From Lingula anatina (lineage: Eukaryota > Animalia > Brachiopoda): a stretch of 64,000 nucleotides of DNA. Below the pieces are notes generated by a model that was not told where the DNA came from, did no database searches, and saw nothing but the letters and a program-made list of their open reading frames with translations. This document shows, piece by piece, positions 12,241-25,121 of the stretch. Position 1 is the first letter of the stretch; every line of letters starts with the position of its first letter. The translations under genes and the position numbers were made by a program. The DNA lies in NCBI GenBank assembly GCA_051362555.1, contig CM120640.1:8618001-8682000 (forward strand), in the 5' to 3' direction.

Positions 12241-15200
12241 ATGGCAAACGAGGAAGAGAAGTATTTCAAAGAACTCGACTTCAAAATAGAAAATCTTCGG
12301 AAACGTGGCCTCGAACTCGGACTCTCAGAAAAGGAGATTGACATTTGCATGATACAAGCGACCAAGCAGAGAATAAATCATAAAGAAGATCGTACTTTAT
12401 TTTCTCTGTTGATGAGATTCTTGAAGTATTCATTTTTCATTTGTGCGATACTGTTTTTATTGGTGATAACATTTTCTTTTGTTGTGACTCACAATAAAGG
12501 TGTGCAGCTTTTTATGGGAAGAGTTCTTGCGCCCTATGGGTATACAATATTTAGAGCGATACGACTGGCGTTTCTTCCGGTCACAAAGAATACAAACATA
12601 ACAAGTAAGTAAAGCATTCAGAGAATTCCCACACATTCCCCTCAGCCTTAGGTATTACTTGGGTGCTGCATTACATGTATGTCACATATTACACATTTTT
12701 AGAATTTTTAAAAGGAGAGTTATTGCACATGCATATTATGGTCTTCAACAGAAAGTGGACTTTGTAGAACTATATATACATATACAGTACATGTACCTAA
12801 TCTATTAACATGTATGTATTCAGTGTCAGAATAATTAATAGCAATCACTATTTGCAAAAAATATATTATTTGCAAATTTAGGGCTAGAAAGAATAATGGA
12901 TATTTTTAACACTTGGTTTCAGGTAGTGTCACGTTCACTTACTTGATTATAGCTCTGGTCATTAGTCATATGTTATAATGTTTAAAAACCACTAAATAAC
13001 TTATGGTTGTGTAAGAAAACTGTGTGCTATGTAAAGCTTTGATGTAGCCATTAATATAATACCTGTAAGAATTACATAAAATTAAAAAAATATACTAATA
13101 TACATTTTCAACTTTGAACTTTTGAATGTAACATCAGTTGGTCATCAGCATTGAAAAAGCCAGGATAGATACTGGGGTATATCAGAATTAAATTCAAACT
13201 GATCAGAAAAAATATAATATTTATATCTTCAGAAAGGTAATGCAAAACAGATTGCAATTCTTTTGGAATTTTTAAAATATTCCTACAAGCAACAAAGATA
13301 TAGAAGTTTTTTAAACTGCTGTATTACACCCAAAGACCTGTGACCACTGACCAGCGCATCAGATTAACTATACTTCTCATTATTCAATTATCATAAAGGG
13401 GTTTTTTTCCATTAGATTGTAAAATTTCCTGAACTTTTATATGGTATAAATTACACAGCTCTAAAAGAGAGATTTGAAAGGGATGTCACAAGCAACCTGT
13501 GAGCAGGCTGGTCACAGTTTTGCCAGTACTGCAGCTGGACAGTGGCTACTGTGGTGCCCCTGGCGCATTGTGATATACCTAGCTGCAGCCAGGAGCTGGT
13601 GAAATGGGTCCCAGGTTTAACAAATATCAGAATGTTAGAAAATGTCCAATGATTAACTTTCTATCACAGAAATTAATTATTTCACAGTCCAATCCAATGA
13701 GGCAGAAAATAATCACTCTTATTCATTGATCCTTCAAATCCTGACCCTTGCCGTGGCCAGTCAGCATAGTAAGTGGCTTCTCCCCCAGCAAGCCAGGCAG
13801 CCCACCATGAAAAAGTCCCCACTGTCATTATTGTGTGATTACACAGGGAGAGAATAGCCAGGTCTACATACGCTGGGTTACTTTCTTCAGTGAAAACTAC
13901 ATTGCCATCAGTGTCTGGGATATTCTTTTTACACCATGGTATTTCATCACTGCAGACAATAAAGATAGAATCAGGGTATCTGTCTTTAAAGTAAGCCATT
14001 GCTCTATGAATGTATGCTGCATCAGCAACTTTGTGGCCATGGGATATCAGATTTTGGTCGTAGGTGAAATCTCCTCTTCTAACATGAAGACCTATGAAAG
14101 TTGGATTTTCTGATGTCTTCTTCAGCTGAGCAACCATGTTTAAGAGGCTCTCTCTGGCTGTGCTCTGTATGTGGTCTTGAAATGTAAACTCCCTTCGTAT
14201 ATCTTTTTCCCATCGTTCTAGGTACCTCCAACTTTGTAAATAGCCAGACAGGTGAATGTTCTCTGGAGGGAGACTTTTTAAAGCAGGATAAAACTCACAG
14301 CAGGTGTAGGTTTTCAGTTGAAGAAAGCTGTCAGTGAGATTAGGCTCATAGTGGAGTATCCTTGCTGTGGGCTGGAAAATACTCTCTATTTCTTTTCTTG
14401 GATTGTCGTAAATGAATTCCATCTTGTTCCACTGAGCCACAGCAAAGCTTGAAGCATACATGAACATTTTATTTCCTAATCCATGCCCATATGCTCTCAT
14501 TGCTAGTTTATAGGGTTTGTCTCTCCTGTTCTGATTTGGCTTATCATCAAGAGATTCTTGATAATTATTATAATATTTCCGATCTTTTATCTTTGTACCA
14601 TTAATGTTGATTTCAATATACCTAGATAGTCCAATTTTCCATGTACTGAGTTCAGGATTCTTGTAAGTAACAAAGTTATCTGAAGTTGTTGTGATGGAAT
14701 GTGCTTGACAATACCTGAAAAAAACTTGGGCTAAGTCCACATAACAGTTTTTGTCAGTTTCCATGTTGCCTAGCCTTCCAGGTACAAATAACAGCATTAT
14801 AGTCAGTGTGATTAAATGTACTGGTACATGAGGAAATGTAGCCATTTTGAGCTTGTTTTGCCCTAAATTATAACCTTGTTCATTAATGTAAGTTTGTCAT
14901 CCATTTGATCTGAAAATGAAGCAAAGTCTTATTTTTTTAATTTGTAACATATTAAGCAGTGCAAAATGATATTTTATCCAAATAAGTCTGTACATGTTGG
15001 TAAGCACTATCAAAAAATTAATTTTTGTGAGGTATGATAATTAGTCAATCAGTCTCAAGCAAAAGCAACAATGGTTATACTTGAGACCGATTGGCTTTTA
15101 CACAAGGTGATACATCAGTAAGTAATGAACTGATATATTACTTTTCAGCATGATAAATCTGCAACATTATTCTGACAAATGTGCCCACAGGGTATTGATC

Positions 15201-18200
15201 ACTCTTCAGGGGATATCAACTGGACTCTGAGAGTTTGCCTATATTTTAGGAACATTTTTAATGATAAATTAAAAAGATTTATAATTTTGTGAAGATGTAT
15301 CTTACCTTCAGCCATCTCTGGATGAATATATAGTGGATTAGGAATTGTTCAGTGGTTACAAGGCAAATATATATCTTTATTCTAGTATGTGCGTGTTAAA
15401 GGACACATTGATTGACAGCCAAGGTTGGGAAGTTATTGCCTGTGCCATTAGCCTTTTAATTAAGTTGCTGGGAAATGTTTGAATTATTGAAACTTGACTT
15501 TCATTTCCCAAGTGACAGGTTAATGGTGATTTGGATTACACTGTGTTATTGCAGTCTAAGATTTAATCAAATCTTTTTATTTCTTTTCACGATTAACTGT
15601 TATGTGTTCTAAGTAAGTGATTTGTATGTTTATTTGCCTAGAAATTAGATTTGGAGGTCATGGAATTTGAAAAAAAAAAGTTATTTGTTTATTAATGCTC
15701 AAATTTAGACTTTTTTTTTTACTTTTTTGCAGTTTTATAGATTTATGCCTTGGGTAAAATGTAATTAGTTAAAAAATAAATGACCTCTAGTCAAAAGGTT
15801 AACATTCTCCAAAGAGCAATTTTGTGGTGGTGCTGACTGACATTTCATTATATTGAGTGTTGTAACACTTAAAAGATTGTAATTTGATATACTAATTCCA
15901 CAATGGATAAGAGCTAAAGTCATAGGTGGAAAAATTTCAAGTTTAGGAACCATGTACCCAGGGTCATTTCTATTGATTTCTGTTGTTGTAAGTCACGTAA
16001 TTTTGAAATTAGTTGTCAATAATTATGCATGGATGGCAATTGTGAAATGTTAAGGTGTCATTTTTTTTTTGTTGCTTGAGCTCTCCCCACATTGCTAATT
16101 GTAAAAATGAAACTTATTCAAAGGATTGACATATTTCAAGGAGTAAAAATCATAACTGGGTTCATCACTTTTTGAGATAAAGATTTGAATAGAATGATAA
16201 TTTCTAGTTTTTGGCAGCCATTGTATGTGTATTTTGATCGCTGCAGGGGGTAAGGAGACAAGTGGGAGCTATCAATCTAGCATTGACATCACTGTTGCAA
16301 ATAAAGATCTCTGCCCATTGCAATGCCCGTTGGTGTTTAACAGGCTCTGCTGTGGGTGGAAACTGTTTCCCACCACAGTACCACCATGATAGATGATGGG
16401 CAGGTTGCTGGGTTTTTTATGATAATCCATGTCAGTATGGCAGTTATGATGCACAGTTTGACTAAAAGAAAGTACTAAAACTAGTAAAAGAGATCCTATT
16501 GTACATTTCAAGATTTTTAAATACAAAGATGAATGTCCCAAGAATAAAAAATTACTTCAGAAAAAGATTTGTATAGTTTTAAAATATATTACATGTGCTT
16601 ATTTTTTAAGTCAGCTGGCCAGAGCACAACAACATGTAGAAAAAGCCAAATAAAATAAAATAATGCTATACACTGACCTTTAGGATCTGCTCAAACCTGG
16701 ACTGTGCTCTTTGTACATAAAAAGTCAAGAGGAACAGCGGAGTCATGTGCATTGTGGTTTCCTGTTGTTATTTTGAAAGAAATATGAACTTTTTGAGGGA
16801 GAATGTCTCACCAAGATTAAGAGGATTTCAGGGCAAGAACATGTGCTGTGGTATGAATGTAGCATATAAATATATATATATCACTTTCATGCAGCCAGAA
16901 ACACATTTTAGCTCTTAAACTTCTTTATAGCTGCTTTATGTGAAGATAAGTTCTGGACATGTGTTGAAAAAGTCCACCAATCATGATTTTCAGAACTTTT
17001 TAGCTTAGTTACTAGATATATCTTGGCTTTTTTTGTGACTTGTTAACCTTTCACACATGTCCAACTTTGTAATTACTCATGACTGAAGTTGATTCTTAGC
17101 TCTGAAAAAGAGGAAGTACGAAAATGCTATTGTTGCTCCAGTTGGATTTTTTTCTTGTTTTTACACATATGTGAGAGTGTGTGTTACTAAAAGCAAGTGC
17201 AAAGTCTACAAATCCCAATATTTATAAAATCTCTCAAAACGCAATTTCTCACCATGGTGTTTTGCTCACTGGAAAAAAACAATCTAAGACAGTTGTGAAG
17301 TTTTGTGAAGTAAACAATGAGAAGTTGTATTTACATGTACTTACTGGTCTGTATGGTTGACTATGTAGCTGTGATGAATAATTGGTTGGAAGACACTGTC
17401 CACATATATGTGTTGCAACTTGCAAATGAAGAATACCATCCATAGTTGTAGGATATAAGAGATAGTGTTACAACACACATATAATTTTCTAGCATGATTT
17501 TCTGGTCCGTTGAGCTGGAAAGTAAAGATAAAGCTATGGGGTTTACATGCCATGCATATATTAAATTTCCTAAGATATACAGTTGCAGATCAATGAACAT
17601 AGCATTGCTTGCTGTCCACTTAACTATAATAAAAACAAAATTGTTTTTTTTTTTATTAACCATTTGTTGAAATTTTGAAATGTGTTACAAAATTTGTAAA
17701 TGGTTTATTTATTACATTTTTAAAAATTAGTTAATTTTTTTCTCTGTAAGGATTTTATGAAGAAGAATGTCTCATCTACAATCCTTACTTCCGTGTGCCA
17801 GAGACTAGTTGTGAGCTCTGCAGTTATGTCAAAGAGATAGAAGAAAGATCTCAATACGCAGACTTGGATGTGAACAATCCAGCACAGCCATTTATTAACA
17901 GAGTATGTTTACCTCTGAATCTGCTGCTTGCAAATAATTGTCTTCATTTTATCTCTCTGCCCCTTGTTCTTTTTTTTCTTTTTCTTCATATTATTTTCCT
18001 TATATTTTACTGTAAGTTAAAACTTCAACAAGAAGCAACAGTTACTAAGAAACAATATTTTTGAAAAGGTAACCATCCCTGGTATTTCAATCGACCTTGT
18101 AGGCAAACCAGCTTAACTGAAGAACCCTCTTATTTCTTATTTCGTCAATTTTATCATTATTTTTTTAAATAAATTGATGAAAAAAAAAAATATTTAAAAA

Positions 18201-21200
18201 TCATCAAGATCATCAGTTGTAATTATTTTTGATTGCAGCAAGCTCTTGGACAACCCGTTACATTTGAAGACCTGAGAACAGCATACAAAGAGAATGCAGA
18301 AAAACTTCAGGCTTCTGTGATGAATTTCAGAAGTAATGAAATGTCTCTCAGGTCTTTTAAAGATTTGTTTGCTGTCAACAGTCCTGTTGAATTGCAAAAG
18401 CAGATTGGTGACATGTTTCACACAGAATAGTAAGTTTCTTCTTTAACAGCACAGGCAGCTGTAAATTGAAATGAATCCATATACTTCTATACAGTTGATG
18501 AATTATGTGTAATTTGTAGGCTTATTAGGTGCAACTGTTGCCTTTGTTTAACAGCATTTCTTTGGAAAGTGCTTAATTCGATAATTATTTAATTTTAATA
18601 ACCAAGCCACATTGTATTTGATAATATTTTATCAAGTCTAAGAAAAGTATGCTAAATAGTTTAAAAGTTCATAAACCATTCACATTTACAATAAACTCAG
18701 TAAAAATATGAGTGTAAAGTTTTTAATTTACTCTAGATGAGGATGCATCTGTTTGGGTGTATGTCAGTTTTTAAATTTAAATGTGAATTTGACAGTACAT
18801 TACAATGTTGGGTCATTTACTTCATTCAGATGGTGTAGTTTATTTATTTTTTTTTTAGTGTCTCTAGAAAGGTTGCTGGTGCTCAGGTGCTGAGGAGACT
18901 GTTTCATAGACCACATTTTGTCCCTGCTGAAACAGAAGTCGCCTTAGAGAAGTTTGTGTTTGTCGATGGACCAAAAGCCAAACCATATAAATTTGTAAGT
19001 TGTATTGAAAGGGACACTTTTTTTTTTGTCAAAAAGGCATGGTGTTGTGAGACATCTTATAATCTTGTCAAAACACCTGAAATTCAATCACTTATCTTTT
19101 TTTGTATGCAGTGCTTTGAAGAGATGGTTTCTGTGAAGCTAAAATGAGTATAAAAGTATTGTTCTTAATTGACGATGTTTGGTTGTAGCTGCGCGCTGTA
19201 AAGAACAGAGGGTTATACATAGCACATAAAAAAAACAGAAAATATCAATTCATTTTTTTTTTTTTGGTGGGGGGGGGGCAGTTATGAAAGATACTTTTTG
19301 ATATTTTCTTCAAGTTATGCTATTTGAAACTAAATGGTGGCATTTGGTTGGGTTTTGCGCAGAGATTTGACTTGACATTTTGTTTCAAATGCATCTTTTT
19401 TTAAATAAAGAGCACATTTTTTTTACTACAATATTATTAGAGTTTGGCCCAGTTCTCCAATGTGTGGTATGCCCAAGGGCAAGGTTCAAGAAGACTGATA
19501 TTACTTCCATCTGTAAACTGCTTGGGTGAATGCAAGAAATTTGAGATCACACTAAAGGAAAGAGATATATGTAAGTAAATGTGAATTCCATTGATATTTT
19601 GTGGTATGACAGTTGAAGTTTTTAGGGAACCATCTTATATCCATTTTGCCTCTTATTATTGAATTTTGTGCAAATGTATAGACACAAAGCAGAAAATAAT
19701 GCTATTGCACAGTATAGTTTTTGTCAATTTTGTGGCAATATTACATAATGTTTAACCGCATAATCACTACCAAGTTTAAATGATGTGCTACTTGGTAACA
19801 TGAAGATTCAGAAAATGTAAATAACATTGGGTGTCAGACCAGTACTAATGAGATTTTTATTGTACCACCAGCGTTAGCGCTGGCGGTACACATGGTTTCG
19901 GTCCCGTCCGGATCGTTCCGCCGGCTCCGCCGGCTCCGCCGGACGGCTACCGTTACCGCTTCTCCTCCTAGACGGTAAGGGCCCCCGTACCCATCTCATG
20001 GATTTAGGTCACCTATAATCTCAACTCGTTCCACGTAAAATTTGGGCTTTGTCGGTATTGGGGTCTGGGTGTGGCACTCATTACAATGCACCCTTGTCTA
20101 AAAATGGCAAAATTAAATGCTAATTATCTACCCTACGGAAGGAGTTATGGGAAAAATTTCTATAGACGGCTTTCCAAAAGTCATATGTGTAGATTTCAAA
20201 TATACCCTTGATTTTTGACCTTTGACCTTTACTTCAAGGTCAAATGGGCCAAAATTTTCAAAAAAATGAAATTTTTTACGAAAAAAAATTTTTTTGCCCT
20301 GTTATTCAGACACTACACAGACTTAACCAATAATATTATTGGAAAGTGTTACCCTTCAGGTCATCTTTCATCTCCATGAATTTGGGGTCAATCGGTGCAT
20401 TTTCACGGGAGTAGCGGCCATAAGATACTGAAACTGAAAACTGTCTCTAATTCGGGAACCGTTAATGCTAGAGACCCATTCTTTTTTGCATTTTGTAGAG
20501 CATGTAAAGCCCAACACTGGTGGTGGTCTCGGTTTTTTTGTATTCCATACGGTTTTTGAGTTACGCTGTATCAAAAAGTACATATTGGTGGTAAAAGCAA
20601 AATGTGCAGTACGGTAATGGATAATAAATTTTGAACTCTGGAAAAATAAAACATAAGGCTTGGCAAAGCAGACAACTTGTGTTCAAAAATGACATTATTT
20701 CATCAAATTTGAACTTCTGAAACTTCAGAGCACCTCCTATTTCAAGAATTTTGACCAAAATGACATTTTCTCTATTTTAATTAATTTTTTCTGTACGAAA
20801 TTTAAGGCACATTAGGGTAACTCCAAAATTATAACATTTAGTCCCTTATATCTCCAAAACTGGCAGAGATAGGTCCATAGTTACTATTGAAGTTGAATAG
20901 GAAGTCATATACTGGCTATCTTACTGTGACCTTGAAATTGACCTTTGACCTACTTTTCACCATGAACTGAACTTTGCAAATTTTGCTTCCCTTTTATCTC
21001 CAAAACTGGCAGAGATAGGTCCATAGTTACTATTGAACTTGAATAGGAAGTCATATACTGGCAATCTAAATGTGATCTTAAAATTGACCTTTGACCTACT
21101 TTTCACCATGAACTGAACTTTGCAAATTTTGCTTCCCTTTTATCTCCAAAACTGGCTGAGATAGGTCCATAGTTACTCTTGAACTTGAATAGAAAGTCAT

Positions 21201-22912
21201 ATACTGGCAATCTAAATGTGACCTTGAAATTGACCTTTGACCTACTTTTCACCATGAATTGAACTTTGCAAATATTGCTTTCCTTTTATCTCCGAAACTG
21301 GCAGAGATAGGTCCATAGTTACTATTGAACTTGAATAGGAAGTCATATACTGGCAATCTATATGTGACCTTAAAATTGACCTTTGACCTACTTTTCACCA
21401 TGAATTGAACTTTGCAAATTTTGCTTTCCTTTTATCTCCAAAACTGGCAGAGATAGCTCCATAGTTACTATTGAACTTGAATAGGAAGTCATATACTGGC
21501 AATCTAAATGTGACCTTAAAATTGACCTTTGACCTACTTTACACCATGAACTGAACTTTGCAAATTTTGCTTTTCTTTTATCTCCAAAACTGGCTGAGAT
21601 AGGTCCGTAGTTACTATTGAACTTGAATAGAAAGTCATATACTGGCAATCTAAATGTGACCTTGAAATTGACCTTTGACCTACTTTTCACCATGAACTGA
21701 ACTTTGCAAATTTTGCTTCCCTTTTATCTCCAAAACTGGCAGAGATAGGTCCATAGTTACTATTGAACTTGAATAGGAAGTCATATACTGGCAATCTATA
21801 TGTGACCTTAAAATTGACTTTTGACCTACTTTTCACCATGAATTGAACTTTGCAAATTTTGCTTTCCTTTTATCTCCAAAACTGGCAGAGATAGGTCCAT
21901 AGTTACTATTGAACTTGAATAGGAAGTCATATACTGGCAATCTATATGTGACCTTAAAATTGACCTTTGACCTACTTTTCACCACGAATTGAACTTTGCA
22001 AATTTTGCTTTCCTTTTATCTCCAAAACTGGCAGAGATAGGTCCGTAGTTACTATTGAACTTGAATAGGAAGTCATATACTGGCAATCTAAATGTGATCT
22101 TAAAATTGACCTTTGACCTACTTTTCACCATGAACTGAACTTTGCAAATTTTTCTTCCCTTTTATCTCCAAAACTGGCAGAGTTAGGTCCATAGTTACTA
22201 TTGAACTTGAATAGGAAGTCATATACTGGCAATCTAAATGTGACCTTAAAATTGACCTTTGACCTACTTTACACCATGAACTGAATTTTGCAAATTTTGC
22301 TTTTCTTTTATCTCCAAAACTGGCTGAGATAGGTCCGTAGTTACTATTGAACTTGAATAGAAAGTCATATACTGGCAATCTAAATGTGACCTTAAAATTG
22401 ACCTTTGACCTACTTTTCACCATGAACTGAACTTTGCAAATTTTGCTTTCCTTTTGTCTCCAAAACTGGCAGAGATAGGTCCATAGTTACTCTTGAACTT
22501 GAATAGGAAGTCATATACTGGCAATTTACTGTGACCTTGAAATTGACCCTTGACCTATCTTACGAAGAACTTAAATTTGATTGTACCCTATATATTTTTT
22601 GCAAAAGTTTAAAAATTCTTGTTGATTGCATTTTAACAGCTTGTCAAGCACAAAACTGGTGGCTGTGTCCCTTATTTTGTGTATGTGGGGGTCTATACGA
22701 ATGCGCTTGCTCCAGCTGGTGGTACAATATTCGGAGGCGGTATCGCCTCTCTGATCCTCTAGTTTTTTTCTTTATTTTCACTTTAAAAAAAACACAGGGT
22801 TTTGGTCTTATTTGTTTCAGTGTTTTACAGTGATGAATTTTGGAGGGCATCGTCTTACCCAGTTCCTCAAAGCCAGGAAATAAGTATTGCATTTAAGGGT
22901 TCTTTCTTCTAA
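12241..22912 (+). CDS. C6orf89: C6orf89 (bombesin receptor-activated protein) homolog, single-pass membrane protein, ~354 aa, 6 exons
   Basis: Exons 12241-12604, 17751-17902, 18239-18429, 18859-18994, 19441-19570, 22821-22912 join in frame (1065 nt). N-terminal TM segment, EECLIYNPYF..CELC, LRRLFHRPHFVP, WYAQGQGSRRLILLP..C...C and C-terminal SIAFKGSFF are typical of the family. Confidence 0.8.
13682..14845 (-). CDS. Galactoside alpha-1,2-fucosyltransferase (CAZy GT11, FUT1/FUT2-like), single coding exon, nested antisense in intron 1 of C6orf89
   Basis: 387-aa ORF with N-terminal hydrophobic anchor and GT11 motifs GLGNKMFMYAS, GYLQSWRY, FIGLHVRRGD, DLAILSLCNHTIMTVGTFSWWAAWL. Acceptor tttcag at 14910-14915 and candidate 5'UTR donors at 15305 and 16677. 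Confidence 0.93.
   Translation of the reverse strand: MATFPHVPVHLITLTIMLLFVPGRLGNMETDKNCYVDLAQVFFRYCQAHSITTTSDNFVTYKNPELSTWKIGLSRYIEININGTKIKDRKYYNNYQESLDDKPNQNRRDKPYKLAMRAYGHGLGNKMFMYASSFAVAQWNKMEFIYDNPRKEIESIFQPTARILHYEPNLTDSFLQLKTYTCCEFYPALKSLPPENIHLSGYLQSWRYLERWEKDIRREFTFQDHIQSTARESLLNMVAQLKKTSENPTFIGLHVRRGDFTYDQNLISHGHKVADAAYIHRAMAYFKDRYPDSIFIVCSDEIPWCKKNIPDTDGNVVFTEESNPAYVDLAILSLCNHTIMTVGTFSWWAAWLAGGEATYYADWPRQGSGFEGSMNKSDYFLPHWIGL
19854..22762 (+). mobile_element. Non-autonomous Helentron/HINE (DINE-1-like) element with an internal tandem array
   Basis: Perfect 15-bp subterminal inverted repeats tattgtaccaccagc (19858-19872) / gctggtggtacaata (22715-22729); 5' hairpin 19861-19890; short ccggctccg repeats; 3' hairpin gaggcg-gtat-cgcctc (22734-22749); ends in ctag (22759-22762); T-runs on both flanks. 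Confidence 0.8.
20846..22558. repeat. Tandem array of ~11.7 copies of a 146-bp unit
   Basis: ctccaaaac recurs at 20852, 20998, 21144 ... 22458 with exact 146-bp spacing; copies differ at only a few positions. Confidence 0.97.
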
Positions 22913-23290
22913 GATATGCTATACAGTATTACAGTAGTTTTATAGAATGGTGCTAGTGATACAGCTTATTTTTACTTGACCACTTGATTACATGTTGACT
23001 GTATGTCTTCATATGGAATAATTCATGATTATACAATGTTGTTTATTAGTTCTCTCATGGGGTCAATTGAATATACAGTAGGATGGTAACAAATCCATGC
23101 CTAGGGAAAGTAATCAACTTTTAATCAACAAATGTTCTTTTCTTCATTGATAATTCAAAATTTGCCCTCCTTCAAATAAGTTCCTGTGGTTATGTAATTG
23201 CATTGTCATTTAGTGTGGCAGAACATTCAGGTATATTTTGTTTGTTGATACATTGGCTGAATCTTTTATTTGTTTTCATATTTTTTTCTT

Positions 23291-23338
23291 GTTACATTGT
23301 AAAATATATTGGAGTTACATTGTAAAATATATTGGAGT
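23291..23338. repeat. 23-bp tandem duplication in the presumptive C6orf89 3' UTR
   Basis: gttacattgtaaaatatattgga at 23291 and 23314. Confidence 0.9.
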
Positions 23339-25121
23339 AAATGTGAACTAAGATAAAACTGATGTATAGTACAAGTTGAAGAAAATATATTTCATAATAT
23401 TACAATTATCATTATAGACAGAAAAGTGTCAGCTTTTTATATTTCTACACATTCCATGAGAGAAAGGAAACTGAACATTATTAAGTTTTAAATGTTTATT
23501 TATATTTTTAATAGATGTACACAAATATTAATAAATACCTGCGAAAAAATAAAATGTAGCAGTCTGTTCTTTCATACATTTAGTGTTGCAACCTATGTTG
23601 ACAAATTCTATATGCTTTAATTTAGGTTAATCCATCTTCTGTTTTCTAAAAGTAAAAAAAAAATCTAGAATTGATTATTTTTATTTCACGAACATGCTGT
23701 CACACTTAAAAGGAGGACTTCTTTCAGATTCAAAATGTTTTAATGTTCAATACCTGCACCTTACAAACATTCAACTGAACCTGACCCTACTGAAAGAACA
23801 TTTCCTGTGAATGACTTTGACCGCTTCTGAATATAAAATAATAATAATACCACAACACCTTATGAAGATTCATGACTATTGCACACTTACAAAAGCACTC
23901 AGGATGTTATCATTTAATAACTCTCTTCATCTGGTAATACTAGTTGGAAGTTAATTGTGCTGAAGAGAGATATAAAAGGTTCAACATATTAATTTATTAC
24001 AGCATACTCTACACAGACTACAACATTTACAGGACCAACAGCAGATGCATCTAATTTCCTTCTCAAAAAGTATAAGTTGAAGGTTAATTAAAACTTTCAC
24101 TGCTTTGTTGAAATGCATAAACTTTTGTTGGTCTAGAAAATCCATTTTACAGAATTTTACTCCTATCTGCTATTTAAAGAAATTTTGGAAGATAAGTTTC
24201 TGACCAGATATAGCTTTACCACATTCAGAATGTTTTGTTTCAAACCACATGAAAAATTCCCTGCCGTCTGTTTTTTCTATTCCACAGTCTTATCCTGTTT
24301 TCAGAGGATAAAAAAATGTGAGAGGTTTATGTTTGGCTTTACTTGTGCATAACTAATATCTCAATCCTATGGAAAGGTTTTTGCCAAAAGTACTAATAAA
24401 TTTGCACATATGCATTTCATATAGCTTTAACAAAACCTAATGAGATCTCAAAAGAGCAAGTATACGAAGAAAAAAAAACTTTCAAAGACAAAATGAAGCC
24501 TGAAGAGATTATGTAGGGCAGGAATAAGTTACAAGCATTGGAATGACTAGTGTTTATGGTTTGGGGGTGCCCCTAAAATATGAAACACACTTAATAAGTA
24601 AAAAAAAAAAAAAGCTACAAATGCGGAAAATTCACAGGGAATGAATGCCAAGTCTGAAATACCATGATATCCATTGTTCCTAAACATTCTTCAATTAGTG
24701 TGTGAAGTCTTTTTATTCCATCTTTGTGCACTTTTAATTGAATTACTCTTTATGATATAATTTTCCACAAATTTTTACTGTAAGTAAAATGTGCACAAAT
24801 TGTGCATCCTTTCAAATGAGACAAATGAGTTATTCATAGTTCACATTTTGTAGGTATTTGTTTTAGAAACCTGACACCCAGGTTCAAAACCAATAAAGAA
24901 AACCATCAACTTTAATCAAATATCCAAACATCCCCTGTATTTTTTTTTATTGCTATTGGGACACAAAGCATATTTTTCCTTAACCCTGAACTATAAATGG
25001 TTTTATTGTATAATTTACGTCTACAACACTGGGTCAAGTCCCCTTTCTACTAAGGAAACTACCTATGCTGGTCGTAGTTTTGTGCACTATGTCAACAGTT
25101 TATAAATATTATACTTCCATT

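Noticed and set aside
16272-16541. 89-aa ORF with a signal-peptide-like start near the nested FUT
   Set aside because: Non-ATG start, no motif or splice support; probably intronic chance.
21388-22423. Two near-identical 101-aa ORFs
   Set aside because: Chance open frames through the 146-bp satellite, with no protein motif.
20846-22558. Possible CRISPR-like array
   Set aside because: The units are full-length tandem copies with no unique spacers, there are no cas genes, and the context is a eukaryotic intron.
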